From the NCBI GenBank assembly GCA_963711835.1, contig CAVQFQ010000005.1, positions 320,001 to 384,000 on the forward strand: a DNA stretch of 64,000 nt. Direction: 5' to 3'. Within the stretch, counting starts at the first letter, position 1, and each line of letters begins with the position of its first letter. The position numbers and the translations under genes were made by a program. Source of the DNA: an uncultured delta proteobacterium. Lineage in GTDB: Bacteria; Desulfobacterota; RBG-13-43-22. Of the stretch, positions 1 through 9,963 are shown one piece after another. The notes below the pieces were generated by a model. That model did not search any database and was not told where the DNA came from. It saw nothing but the letters and a program-made list of their open reading frames with translations.

Positions 1-833
1 TCTTCCCGGGAAAGGCCCGCCCGTTTCAAAAGGCGGAGTTCCTGAAAAAAGGCCCTTCCATGGGCAACCCCTTTGGACCCGCTATCCGTTCCCAGCTCGA
101 TCTTCACCCCTATGGATCGGGCCAGCCTGATGGACTGGAGATGTTTTTCCACAATCTCTTCAATCCGTTTTTCCTCTTCCGAAGAAAGGCCGGAACGCAA
201 CTGATCAAGGGCAAAGACAGTGGGCACCCAGGCAACGCCCTGCCGGGCCATTAATTGGATGGTATCAGGACGGATAAAAAAACCGTGTTCAATGGAGGCC
301 GCTCCCCCTATCACGGCCGTTCTGATGGCCCCCTCCGAATTGGCATGGCAGCGTATTTTTAGGTTGCATTTCCGGGCCGTTTCTGCGATGGCCCTCCACT
401 CCTCCGAGGAGAAACCGCCTTCGGTAACCGGGTTTTCCCTCCGGACGGAAACCATTCCGGAGTTGATGATTTTGAGAAAATCGACCCCGGATTGAGCCAG
501 CTCCTTGATGCTCTCCTCGATTTCTTCTACTCCGGAAACCCCTTTCCCTAAAAAACCGCCGTAGGTCCCTTTTTTATAAAGGGCCCAACCGGCAGTCCGC
601 CAGCCCACAGGGGACTCAGAAACGCCGGCCAATCCTTTTTTAGCCGACAGACCCAAGCCGCTTTTATGCCCCATATCCTCAAAATAATAAATTCCGGAAG
701 AAAGATAAAGCGCCCTTAGAACGGATACCCCTTCCAGGTCCATAGGACGACCTTCGGTCATAAGATGAACATGGGCATCTTTAAAAGGGGGGATTTTGAT
801 GAGGTCGGTTTGCTCTTCCAGATCATGGCCCAA
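1..833 (-). CDS. Amidohydrolase-family metallohydrolase (runs off left edge)
   Basis: Manual minus-strand translation: DAHVH metal motif, later CHAN, SIEHG and GTDSG motifs; not in ORF track; start codon uncertain. Confidence 0.75.
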   Translation of the reverse strand, partial: MGHDLEEQTDLIKIPPFKDAHVHLMTEGRPMDLEGVSVLRALYLSSGIYYFEDMGHKSGLGLSAKKGLAGVSESPVGWRTAGWALYKKGTYGGFLGKGVSGVEEIEESIKELAQSGVDFLKIINSGMVSVRRENPVTEGGFSSEEWRAIAETARKCNLKIRCHANSEGAIRTAVIGGAASIEHGFFIRPDTIQLMARQGVAWVPTVFALDQLRSGLSSEEEKRIEEIVEKHLQSIRLARSIGVKIELGTDSGSKGVAHGRAFFQELRLLKRAGLSRE

Positions 834-865
834 TGGCGTCGATCACGAGGTGTAAATGAGTGCCT

Positions 866-1498
866 TTATCTGACCAAATTGTTTTGCAGGGCATAGCGGA
901 TTATTTCCGCATTATTTCCCATCTTCATTTTTTCCAGGATGCGGGAGCGGTAGGTGCTGATGGTCTTGATGCTCAGGTTGAGATCATCCCCTATATCCTT
1001 CAGCCTTTTTCCCGAGGCGAGCATACATAAGACCTGGTATTCCCGGTCCGAAAGGTTCTCATGGGGAGGTTTTTCGGCGTTGATTTCCAGGTCGATGGCC
1101 AATTTTTCTGCCAGGGTGGCGCTGATATATTTCCGGCCCTGGGCCACCTTGCGAATGGCGGATATCAATTCTTCCGGAACGCTTTCTTTGGTCAAATAAC
1201 CGGCGGCCCCTAATTTTAAAACCCGCACCGCATATTGATCTTCAGGGTAAATGCTTAGAATCAAAACAGCCGGCTTGGGCTTTTTGCTTTTCAATTCCCT
1301 TAAAATATCGAGGCCGTTCCTCTCCGGCATGGAAATATCCAGCAAAATGACATCATAATCATTTTTCATCACCTTTTTCATTACTTCCTGACCGGAAGCG
1401 GCCTCGTCGGCCACCACCAGGTCGCGGGTTTCCGCCAGAATCTGTTTAATGCCTTGGCGAACTACCGGATGATCGTCTGCAATAAGTATTTTAATCAT
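866..1498 (-). CDS. NarL/FixJ (UvrY-like) response regulator, REC + LuxR HTH
   Basis: IKILIADDH, LLDISMP, LSDREYQVL...LSIKTISTYR; AGGAG before ATG at 1498. Confidence 0.93.
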   Translation of the reverse strand: MIKILIADDHPVVRQGIKQILAETRDLVVADEAASGQEVMKKVMKNDYDVILLDISMPERNGLDILRELKSKKPKPAVLILSIYPEDQYAVRVLKLGAAGYLTKESVPEELISAIRKVAQGRKYISATLAEKLAIDLEINAEKPPHENLSDREYQVLCMLASGKRLKDIGDDLNLSIKTISTYRSRILEKMKMGNNAEIIRYALQNNLVR

Positions 1499-1856
1499 AG
1501 CGCTACTCCTTTTAGTTTTTTTCGACCCGGAGGAGTCTTTCATCAAAAGTGTCTGCCTGCCCTTAGGCCTTACGATTTTTAAACAGATATAATCCTATTA
1601 AAACCCGGTTAATCTGTCAAGTTTTTTCCTTCAGGAAAGGATTTCCCTCTATTTTATATAACCTATTAATTTATTGCACTATTATTTTAATAATCCGACA
1701 ATAAATGTGGGAATAAGGTAAGTAAATTTGAGAGAATGGTTTAAAAATGTAGGAACAAAAAACGGGTAAATTATGGGGGATCAAGACAACCCGGTCCGGT
1801 TCCCGCCCCCAATCTCCGGAAACGGGAACCGAAAGCCAGGTTTATTTTTTGGGATA

Positions 1857-2156
1857 GTCCCAAGGTTACGTGATTCTCAAACCGAAGGGGTTACTTCAAA
1901 GGGCTTCAGGGGTCTTGATTTCAAGGATTGTCCGCCAAAACGCCGGCAGCCTGAACCCGGGCAGGAAGTTTATAACGGGGTTTAGAAACAGGCCTACACC
2001 AAAGCGATTTACCGTCTTGGGTGAATGCCCGGCTCCCAACCAACTTAGAAATTTGGGCCGGGTTGGGGCAACGGATTACCGTTCGGACAACCTTGAAATC
2101 AAGACCCCCGAAGCCCTCAACGAATGGATTGCTCAGAAATCACGTAACCTTGGGAC
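1857..2156. mobile_element. Non-coding nested inverted-repeat element (MITE/REPIN-like or structured RNA), copy 1
   Basis: Perfect 19-bp IR 1857-1875/2138-2156; near-perfect ~33-bp IR 1901-1934/2084-2116; core shared with 14137-14329. Confidence 0.7.
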
Positions 2157-2161
2157 AACCT

Positions 2162-2950
2162 CTATTTTTTATCCTGGCTGATGGTCCCGGTAATATTTTT
2201 TTTGGCCATATTTTCAACGAGCAGGGTTACGGCAGCAGCGATTACATCTCGGGTGGCTTCCTCTAAAGGGGTATTTTTAAACGAATTAAACCAGCCCCCG
2301 GCGGCGCCTCCCCCAAACCAGCCGAAGCCGCCGATACCGAAATTCCAACGGCCGGATTTGCCTTCCACGGCCTTGCTGACCACGATCCGGGCATCTTTTA
2401 CTCGAATCGCCCGCAAGTCGAGCCCGATATGCGCTTCGCTCTTGCCCCCTTTAACGCCGACCCCGCCGATGAAAGGCAAAGGGATGACGATTCCCCCGCC
2501 GCCCCCGCCTTTACCGGCGGCATTCATTTCCAGGGCCGTAATCGAACCGGTGATCACATAATCGGCCCCCTCGATCAGATCCTTGGGGTTTTTCCCGTGC
2601 AGTTTGATTTCATCTTTGACCTCCTCCAGGGCGGCTCTTTCCAGTACATCGAAACATCCGGTTTCCACCAGGGCCGTCAGGAGCATATCGGCCATACCCT
2701 CCCCTAAGGCCTGGGGGCTTAACTGAATGGTTTGATACCCTGTAAAAACCAGGCTGTTGCTGTGGCAGGCCGCCGCCTTGCATTTGAATCCCTTGGCGAC
2801 CACCGCGCCGATCGGATTGTCGCATTTGGGCAGGACCATTTTCCGCTCTTTGACATCTTTCCCATAGGTTCCATCTTCCTGGGCTAAAACCCAAGTCCCT
2901 GACCAGATTAGAGCCAATAGGATAAAGAAGCCTTTAGTAATCCATTTCAT
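2162..2950 (-). CDS. CsgG/HfaB-family secreted protein
   Basis: Signal peptide; GMADMLLTALVETGCFDVLER, GADYVITGSIT, DLRAIRV. Confidence 0.8.
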   Translation of the reverse strand: MKWITKGFFILLALIWSGTWVLAQEDGTYGKDVKERKMVLPKCDNPIGAVVAKGFKCKAAACHSNSLVFTGYQTIQLSPQALGEGMADMLLTALVETGCFDVLERAALEEVKDEIKLHGKNPKDLIEGADYVITGSITALEMNAAGKGGGGGGIVIPLPFIGGVGVKGGKSEAHIGLDLRAIRVKDARIVVSKAVEGKSGRWNFGIGGFGWFGGGAAGGWFNSFKNTPLEEATRDVIAAAVTLLVENMAKKNITGTISQDKK

Positions 2951-3332
2951 TCCTGCACCTCCTCAGTCTATTTGATCCTTCTTTTACTGATTTTTTCAGG
3001 TTAGGGCAAGGTCTTTTTGACCAGGCTTTCCCTTGTCCGGCCTCCTCATGATAATCAAGGACTCCATAAGATACAATCAGGCGGCCTTCCACTACTATCC
3101 CCTTGGTAACATTTAATTATGATTAAACTGGACGATCCGAGTCCGCTTTTTCCGGATCAAGGAAAAGGGATCAAAACTGTCCGAAAAAACTTGACTTATA
3201 TTTTTAAATTGTGGTAAAGATTTACCCGAATTGGAATCCTTATCTTATGGAACTTATTGATTTTATGATATAATTTTCCTATCAAAGATTTCCCGGGAAC
3301 CGCTTCGCCAATACTTATAAAGGAGACCGTTT

Positions 3333-4484
3333 ATGTCCGTAACCCCATTTATGGAAGTTAACCAGGCCATCGCAGCCATGGGTGGAGATACTTTAAATAA
3401 TTGCATGCAGTGCGGCCTCTGCGCCGGTCTTTGTCCCTGGGGCAGGGTCGTGGAGGGATCACCCTTTGTGGTTCGTAAATTGATCCGCATGGGGCAACTG
3501 GGGCTGGAAGGCTTTGAGTCCGATGAGATCCTCTATGCCTGCACCACCTGCAACCTCTGCGTTAAAAACTGCCCCCGCCAGGTAAAAATCATCGATGTTA
3601 TCCGAGCCATGCGCAGTATGATTGCCGAAACCGGGGCTATTCCTCAGAATTTGAGGCCCATCCTGGGCAGTGTTCACAGCCAAGGCAACCCCTGGGCCGA
3701 AGACCGGTCCAAGCGGATCAATTGGACCCAGGGACTGGAGGTGCCCACCTTCGGCCCTGATACCGAGTATTTTCTTTTTATCTGTTGTACCTCGGCCTTT
3801 GATCAGAGGAGTCAAAAAATTGCCCAGGCAATCGTGGAGCTTCTCCGGGCCGCCGGGGTGAGTTTCGGTATCATCGGGAATGAGGAATCCTGCTGCGGGG
3901 AATCGGTCAGGAAAATTGGGGATGAAGCCCTGTTCACTAAATTGGCCGGACAGAATATTGCTTTGTTCAAAGAGAAAGGGGTAAAGAAGATCATTACCAC
4001 TTCTCCCCACTGTTTCACGACCTTTTCCAAAGAATACCCGGAATTGGGAGGCCAATTCGAAGTCCAGCATTATTCTCAATTCTTAAGTAAACTGGTTCAG
4101 GAAGGAAAATTGACCCCTAAAAACGCCTTGGACAAGAAGGTCGTCTACCACGACCCCTGTTACCTCGGCCGTCACAACGAGGTGTACGGGGATCCCCGGG
4201 ATCTCTTGAAGGCCATCCCCGGATTGGAGTTGATGGAGTTCTCGCAGAACAAGGCTTTCAGCCTCTGCTGCGGTGGAGGCGGCGGCCGTCTCTGGATGGA
4301 AACCAAACCGGAACAGCGATTTTCCGACAAAAAAATGATCGAAGCCGCGGATCGGGGAGCCCAGGTCCTGGCTACCGCCTGCCCTTACTGCATTACCCTT
4401 TTCGAAGACAGCCGCAAAGGGACCGGCAAGGAGGAACAGATCGAAGTGAAGGATCTAACGGAGTTATTGCAGGCATCTTTATAA
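3333..4484 (+). CDS. HdrD/GlpC-like Fe-S oxidoreductase with CCG domains
   Basis: CMQCGLCAGLCP, CTTCNLCVKNCP, ESCCG, YHDPCYLGR, CCGGGGG, ACPYC. Confidence 0.9.
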   Translation: MSVTPFMEVNQAIAAMGGDTLNNCMQCGLCAGLCPWGRVVEGSPFVVRKLIRMGQLGLEGFESDEILYACTTCNLCVKNCPRQVKIIDVIRAMRSMIAETGAIPQNLRPILGSVHSQGNPWAEDRSKRINWTQGLEVPTFGPDTEYFLFICCTSAFDQRSQKIAQAIVELLRAAGVSFGIIGNEESCCGESVRKIGDEALFTKLAGQNIALFKEKGVKKIITTSPHCFTTFSKEYPELGGQFEVQHYSQFLSKLVQEGKLTPKNALDKKVVYHDPCYLGRHNEVYGDPRDLLKAIPGLELMEFSQNKAFSLCCGGGGGRLWMETKPEQRFSDKKMIEAADRGAQVLATACPYCITLFEDSRKGTGKEEQIEVKDLTELLQASL

Positions 4485-4501
4485 TCCTTTTAAACAGGGT
4501 G

Positions 4502-4543
4502 GCCCCGGGAAGGAGGAACCTCTTTCCTGGGGCTTTTTCTTTT
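4502..4543 (+). terminator. Rho-independent terminator
   Basis: gccccgggaa...tttcctggggc hairpin followed by T-run directly after stop. Confidence 0.7.
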
Positions 4544-4559
4544 TGGGCTGCCTTGTCCC

Positions 4560-4964
4560 TCAGGGGCAGACGGTACGAACTTCCTCCTGAAACAATTTCC
4601 CGTCCTGAAAAACCTGCATCCGTATTGACTGACAGTCCGTTTTTGAATCCGGGAGCACGGGAAAGGCCTCGATCCGCTGCCTCCCGTCGACCGTCTGGTA
4701 GGCGACCGGTTTCCCCTGCCGGGCCGCCTCTCGGCCGGTCCGCAGTATCATTTCGGCCGTCTTTATCGTGAAGTGCTCAGACAGGGCCCCGCCGATCAGC
4801 CCTCCGCGCCAGGTCTGATCGTTATCAAACCGGAGACTCGACAGGGAAGCGGTCCCCTGCCCGGCCGCTCCGTTAAGATGCGGCTGCTCCGTCCCGCAGG
4901 CCCCCAAGAGGCTAATGGAAAGGAAGGAGGCCGCAACTAAAGTGACCCAAACGCTTCCGGTCAT
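4560..4964 (-). CDS. Glycine-zipper-like lipoprotein
   Basis: LGAC lipobox, WRGGLIGGAL. Confidence 0.6.
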   Translation of the reverse strand: MTGSVWVTLVAASFLSISLLGACGTEQPHLNGAAGQGTASLSSLRFDNDQTWRGGLIGGALSEHFTIKTAEMILRTGREAARQGKPVAYQTVDGRQRIEAFPVLPDSKTDCQSIRMQVFQDGKLFQEEVRTVCP

Positions 4965-4973
4965 TCCGCCCGT

Positions 4974-5654
4974 CTATTCCTGGCCCTTGGGCGGTTTCAT
5001 TTTTTTCATCTCTTTGATCATCTGATCCATGTTTCCAGGTTTGCCCATGCCCATTAATTCCTGCATGCTGCCGGCCTTCTTGTAGTCCCTGGGGACTTCG
5101 AACATGGAAGCCTGGGCCGCACCGACCTTGATATTTTTCATCTCGGTGACGATTTTGCCGCTTCCTCCCATCTTTTTCATTTCCGGCACATCCATCTCAT
5201 TACGGATCGGCAATCCCCCCAGGTCCTGGGCCTCCCAGACAACGGCTTTATATTTTTCTGCTGGCCGATCCTTAAAATAGACGACGGCGTCATATTTAAT
5301 ACAGGGGTGGCCGTCTATGGTCTCCGACCCGAGTTTCTTTTTCTCCACCACCACATTAGGGTCCATCGTATTCGGGGTCTTATCCGGCTGCATGGGTTGT
5401 TCGAAATAAGATTTACTCCCGGGTGAGAGCATAATGGTCTTTTTCTGATCTAATAAATTGATGGTTACCAGGTTCTGCATCATCTGGGTTTCAATCCGGG
5501 TTTTCTGGCTCATCTTGGCCATGGGCATGGACATGCCTCCCATGACCATGGTGGCCGTAAAATTATCCGGCGGGGCCGCCCAAAGGGTCGCAGCCATAAA
5601 TAGAAAGGCCATGATAGGTGTCAGCGTCAAACCAACGGTTCTTTTTTTTCTCAT
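4974..5654 (-). CDS. Secreted DUF4412-like protein
   Basis: Signal peptide; LGSETIDGHPCIKY, FEVPRDYKK. Confidence 0.65.
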   Translation of the reverse strand: MRKKRTVGLTLTPIMAFLFMAATLWAAPPDNFTATMVMGGMSMPMAKMSQKTRIETQMMQNLVTINLLDQKKTIMLSPGSKSYFEQPMQPDKTPNTMDPNVVVEKKKLGSETIDGHPCIKYDAVVYFKDRPAEKYKAVVWEAQDLGGLPIRNEMDVPEMKKMGGSGKIVTEMKNIKVGAAQASMFEVPRDYKKAGSMQELMGMGKPGNMDQMIKEMKKMKPPKGQE

Positions 5655-5729
5655 CTTTCCTCCTTAATTTTTACTGTTTTTACTCCACTTGCTTATCCGA
5701 TACGCCTCCTGATCAGAAAGGGGAACCTC

Positions 5730-6335
5730 CTAAGGCCGGTCCTCTATCCGAAAAGTTTCGGCTTTCGTCTCTATCCCTTTCCAGATCTCTTCTTTGCCTT
5801 CTCTGGTCCTGGCCGAAAAAAAAACCGGATTCAGGGCAGGCCGGCCCAAGGTCTCGATGATCTCCGCCCAGGCCGTTTTTCTTGCCTCACGGCCAACGGT
5901 ATCCACCTTGGTCATCACAACCAACGGACCTTGATCCAAAAAATGGGCCTGGTCAAAAAAGGCCTTATCTTCGGCATTGGGCCGGCGTCGAATATCCAGC
6001 AACAAGACGACCAGAACCAAGGCTTTCCTGTTTTCCAAGTAGGTGATGGTCGCCTGGTGATACTTCCGGATCACCTCCTTCGAGGCCTTGGAGAACCCAT
6101 ATCCCGGAAGGTCGACCAGGACCAGCGTTTGATTGACCAAAAAGAAATTCAAGGTCTGGGTCTGACCGGGCCGGCGGCTGGTTCGGACCAGATCTTTCCG
6201 ACTCAGCAGGGTATTGATAAGGGAAGATTTCCCGACATTGGAGCGGCCGGCAAAGGCCACCTCGGGATAGGTAAAATCCGGAAAATCCGGGAGCCGCAAG
6301 GCGCTCTTTATGAACTCGGCTGAACGGATAATCAC
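5730..6335 (-). CDS. yihA: Ribosome biogenesis GTPase YihA/YsxC/EngB
   Basis: AFAGRSNVGKSSLIN, DLPGYG, TKVD. Confidence 0.95.
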   Translation of the reverse strand: MIIRSAEFIKSALRLPDFPDFTYPEVAFAGRSNVGKSSLINTLLSRKDLVRTSRRPGQTQTLNFFLVNQTLVLVDLPGYGFSKASKEVIRKYHQATITYLENRKALVLVVLLLDIRRRPNAEDKAFFDQAHFLDQGPLVVMTKVDTVGREARKTAWAEIIETLGRPALNPVFFSARTREGKEEIWKGIETKAETFRIEDRP

Positions 6336-7516
6336 AAAATCTCCCGGAAAATACCTTTTCCCAGGTATTCCTTCAAACGGTCCATCCCTTGATTGATTCG
6401 TTCCAGGGAGTTGGCATAGGCCAATCGGAGATACCCTTCTCCACCGGCCCCGAAATCAATGCCCGGCGTGACTCCAATCCGGGCCTTTTTTAACAGATCA
6501 AAGGCCAGCTTATAGGAATCAGGATGAAACTTTTTGGCATTGGCCAAGACATAAAAAGCTCCGGTCGGTTCCACGGCCAAACCGAAGCCCAGTTCCTTCA
6601 GTCGCCGGACCATAAGTACCCGGCGCTCATTATAAACGGCTCTCATCCGTTTGACATCCTCTTGGGCCTGGGTCAGGGCGGCAATGCCCGCCCATTGGGC
6701 CACGGAACCGGCGGAAATAAAAAAATTCTGATGGATTTTCTGCAGAGGGCGTATAAATTCCCAGGGGGCGATCAAGTAACCCAGACGCCAACCGGTCATG
6801 GCGTACAATTTGGAAAAGCCGTTTAAAACAAAGGCCCGGTCCGTGAACTCCAGGATGGAATGTTCCTTTCCTTCGTAAACCAGACCGTGGTAAATCTCAT
6901 CGGAGATGATATACGGCGACAACCGGGCCAGTTGTTCCATACGATCCGGGGACAACAAGGTGCCGGTGGGATTGGAAGGGGAATTGATAAAGATGGCTTT
7001 GGTCCTGGGACCGATCTCCTTCTGAATCTCCTCCGGTCGATACTGAAACCCGTCTTCTTCGTCAACCCGAACCAAAACCGGTTCCCCCTGGGCAAAGCGG
7101 ATAAAATTGGGATAACAGGCATAATGGGGGTCTGATATGATGACCTCCTCCGCAGGCTCCAGCAGGGCCGAAAAGATCATGAACATGGCCGGCGAAGTCC
7201 CGGAGGTAACTATAACCTGCTCCGGAGATACCTTTACCCGGTACTGTTCAAAATAATAGGCGCCGATCGCCTCGCGCAACTCCCAAAGACCCCGGCTGTC
7301 GGTATAGTGGGTCTTTCCATCCCGAATGGCCCGTATGGCCGCCTCTTTGACGCAGTCCGGAGTATCGAAATCGGGTTCCCCTACCTCAAAATGGATAATA
7401 TCCTCCCCGGCCCTTTCCATGGCCTGGGCTGTCTCCATGACATCCATGGCAATAAAGGGGCTTATTTCCCGGGCCCGTTTAGAGACGTGGGAGGTCTGAT
7501 CGTTTTCTTCCTTCAT
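6332..7516 (-). CDS. PLP-dependent aminotransferase class I/II
   Basis: GEPDF, NSPSNPTG, SDEIY, GFSKLYAMTGWRLG. Confidence 0.93.
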   Translation of the reverse strand: MKEENDQTSHVSKRAREISPFIAMDVMETAQAMERAGEDIIHFEVGEPDFDTPDCVKEAAIRAIRDGKTHYTDSRGLWELREAIGAYYFEQYRVKVSPEQVIVTSGTSPAMFMIFSALLEPAEEVIISDPHYACYPNFIRFAQGEPVLVRVDEEDGFQYRPEEIQKEIGPRTKAIFINSPSNPTGTLLSPDRMEQLARLSPYIISDEIYHGLVYEGKEHSILEFTDRAFVLNGFSKLYAMTGWRLGYLIAPWEFIRPLQKIHQNFFISAGSVAQWAGIAALTQAQEDVKRMRAVYNERRVLMVRRLKELGFGLAVEPTGAFYVLANAKKFHPDSYKLAFDLLKKARIGVTPGIDFGAGGEGYLRLAYANSLERINQGMDRLKEYLGKGIFREIL

Positions 7517-8328
7517 CTAAGTTCCCTTAATTTTCTTTCAGCCTTTCGGCCCAGTTCACTCTCCGGGGCTTGACGGACTACCTCTTGGTAAGCCAAACGG
7601 GCCAGGGACTTCTGATCGAGGAGAACCAGTACCTCACCTAAATCATAATGGGCCTGGGGAAATTGCGGGGCGTATTCAATGGCTTTTTTAAAGGCCGCCG
7701 CCGCTTCTTCATAATGCCGGGTCTCTTTCCAGGATAACCCTAAGGCATGAAAGGCCAGGCTGTAATTAGGGACCAGCCGGATGGCTTCATAATAATTTTT
7801 TCGGGCTTTCTCATAATCCCGTAGGGCCGAATAGGCTTGGCCCAGGTTATAATAAGCGAATTGAGGGGTGAGATAGAGCGGGTCTTCCAGGGTCTTATTG
7901 AACTCGACCAGGGCCTCCTGAAGACGCCCGGTCCTCAAAAGGGCTATGCCTAAATTGTTGCGGACCTCCGTGAAGTTGGGGTCCAAGCGGAGGGCCGATT
8001 GGAACTCCTGTAGGGCCTGGGGAGTCATATCTTTTTCCAGGTAAACAATACCCAGCAGATTCCGGATGGCCGGGTTGTCGGGATCCAGTTCTCTGGCTTT
8101 GATCACTTCCCCCAGGGCCTGGGCCGGCCGTCCTTCCCGGAGCAGGGTATCCCCCAAGCGCATGTGGGTCAGGGCGTCTTCACGGTGCTGCGGCCCGGTC
8201 TGACAGGACGGCAGGACGGCAGCGATCAGTAAAAGTCCCCATAGGAGGATGGTTATCCCGGCCCGGATGCCGGATACCGGATTGCGGATATAAGAGAGGT
8301 CTTTTTTAATAAGAGATTGGTGTACCAT
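7513..8328 (-). CDS. TPR lipoprotein (Tgl/PilF-like)
   Basis: LPSC lipobox, several TPRs, DPLYLTPQFAYYNLG. Confidence 0.75.
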   Translation of the reverse strand: MVHQSLIKKDLSYIRNPVSGIRAGITILLWGLLLIAAVLPSCQTGPQHREDALTHMRLGDTLLREGRPAQALGEVIKARELDPDNPAIRNLLGIVYLEKDMTPQALQEFQSALRLDPNFTEVRNNLGIALLRTGRLQEALVEFNKTLEDPLYLTPQFAYYNLGQAYSALRDYEKARKNYYEAIRLVPNYSLAFHALGLSWKETRHYEEAAAAFKKAIEYAPQFPQAHYDLGEVLVLLDQKSLARLAYQEVVRQAPESELGRKAERKLRELR

Positions 8329-8333
8329 ACCCT

Positions 8334-8419
8334 TTGCGCCTTACGCCTGTACCGTATGCCTTTCTCGCCTTACGCCTTACGTTTTTATGATTTGCTTTGA
8401 GCTATCAGCTATGAGCTTT
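8334..8419. repeat. Short degenerate heptamer tandem repeats (GCCTTAC; GCTATCA/GCTATGA)
   Basis: gcgccttacgcc...cgccttacgccttacg and gagctatcagctatgagct; related tracts at 11050-11160. Confidence 0.6.
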
Positions 8420-9292
8420 CTAAATGACTTTATTTAGCGGATACTCAATAATCCCCTCGGCGCCTTTGGTCATCAAGCGGGGGATCAATTCCCGAACCTG
8501 GGATTCTTCGACTACGGTCTCCACCGATAACCAGTTGCTGTTGTAGAGATGGGCGATGGTCGGAGCATTTAGGCTGGGCAGCATCTCAACCACGCCCTTC
8601 AACTTTTCATTGGAGACGTTCATTTTCAGTCCCACCATTTTCTCGGCCCGCAGGGCACCTTGAAGGAGCAGCACCACCTGCTTGATTTTTTCTTTTTTCC
8701 AGGGATCCTTCCAGGACTCCCGGTTGGAAATGACCTGGGTATTGGACTGCATCAGTTCATGGATGATCTTAAGCCCATGGGCCCGGATAGTGCTTCCGGT
8801 TTCGGTTACTTCCACCACAGCGTCGGCCAGGCCTGAGATAATCTTGCCTTCCGTAGCCCCCCAGGAGAATTCAACCTGAACCGGTATCTCCCTCTCCATA
8901 AAATAACGGCGGGTAAAATTGACCAGTTCAGTGGCGATTTTTTTCCCTTGCAGGTCTTCCAGCTTTTTATACTTGGCGTCGCTGGCCACGGCCAGCACCC
9001 AGCGGGCCGGCCGATGGCTGACCTTAGAGTAAAAAAGATCGGCCACCACTTTAACCTTGGAATTATTCTCCAGGATCCAGTCCTTCCCGGTAATCCCCAC
9101 ATCAATGGTTCCATTTTCCACATAACGGGACATCTCCTGGGCCCGGCAGATGGAGCAGTGGATCTCGGCATCGTCAATCTCCGGAAAATAATTCCGGCTG
9201 TTGACATTGATCTTCCAGCCCGACTTTTTAAATAAATTAATAGTCGCTTCCTGCAGACTCCCCTTGGGAATGCCCAACTTTAAGACGTTCAC
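8420..9292 (-). CDS. hisG: ATP phosphoribosyltransferase, long form
   Basis: [32 protein letters not shown]-terminal regulatory domain. Confidence 0.96.
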   Translation of the reverse strand: MNVLKLGIPKGSLQEATINLFKKSGWKINVNSRNYFPEIDDAEIHCSICRAQEMSRYVENGTIDVGITGKDWILENNSKVKVVADLFYSKVSHRPARWVLAVASDAKYKKLEDLQGKKIATELVNFTRRYFMEREIPVQVEFSWGATEGKIISGLADAVVEVTETGSTIRAHGLKIIHELMQSNTQVISNRESWKDPWKKEKIKQVVLLLQGALRAEKMVGLKMNVSNEKLKGVVEMLPSLNAPTIAHLYNSNWLSVETVVEESQVRELIPRLMTKGAEGIIEYPLNKVI

Positions 9293-9669
9293 TTTTTATA
9301 AACCTCCTTGGGATCAAAAACCCTCTCCCCGACGACTTCAAGCGTCTCCGTTTTTCCAACCTTCCGGAAAAAACAGCTCCGGTATCCGGTGTGGCAGGCT
9401 CCTCCTTTTTGCTCCACTTTAAGAAGAATGGTGTCGGCATCACAATCAATCCAAATTTCCTTGACCTCCTGAACATGGCCGGAGGTCTCCCCTTTAAACC
9501 ACAATTCATCCCGGGACCGGCTCCAGTAATGGGCCTTTCGGGTAGCCAGGGTCTTTTCCCAGGCCTCTTGATTCATATAGGCCATCATGAGGACCTGGCC
9601 TGTTTCCCAATCCTGGGCGATGGCCGGCAGAAGTCCCCCGCCTTTTTCAAAATGTAATTTAATTCCCAT
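9289..9669 (-). CDS. hisI: Phosphoribosyl-AMP cyclohydrolase
   Basis: [28 protein letters not shown]. Confidence 0.96.
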   Translation of the reverse strand: MGIKLHFEKGGGLLPAIAQDWETGQVLMMAYMNQEAWEKTLATRKAHYWSRSRDELWFKGETSGHVQEVKEIWIDCDADTILLKVEQKGGACHTGYRSCFFRKVGKTETLEVVGERVFDPKEVYKK

Positions 9670-9963
9670 AAGATGAATACCAGTTGATCCTTAATACCTT
9701 AACCTATTTTTTAATTTATAAGGGGAAGCCAAAAAGATTTCAACCTAATTATATCAGCCTCCCCAAAGACTTGGAGATGACCATCGAGGACGCTGGGGAG
9801 CATCTTCTGCCATTACAACCTATTGATTTCAGCTTGTTTCGCCCAACATTGGTGCGGCTTCTTGGAATAAGCGTGAATAAATTTGCGCCGATAAGCCGGA
9901 AGGTAAAACCCCTTCGGCCCTGTCTTCATCAGGATCCTTTTTCCGTGTTGAGAAACCAGAGGT

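Noticed and set aside
1935-2083. Core of the IR element as hammerhead, twister, twister-sister, HDV-like ribozyme or c-di-GMP riboswitch
   Set aside because: Only superficial fragments (AGGCC, GGTGAAAGCC); the required conserved cores could not be placed by eye. Left as unknown.
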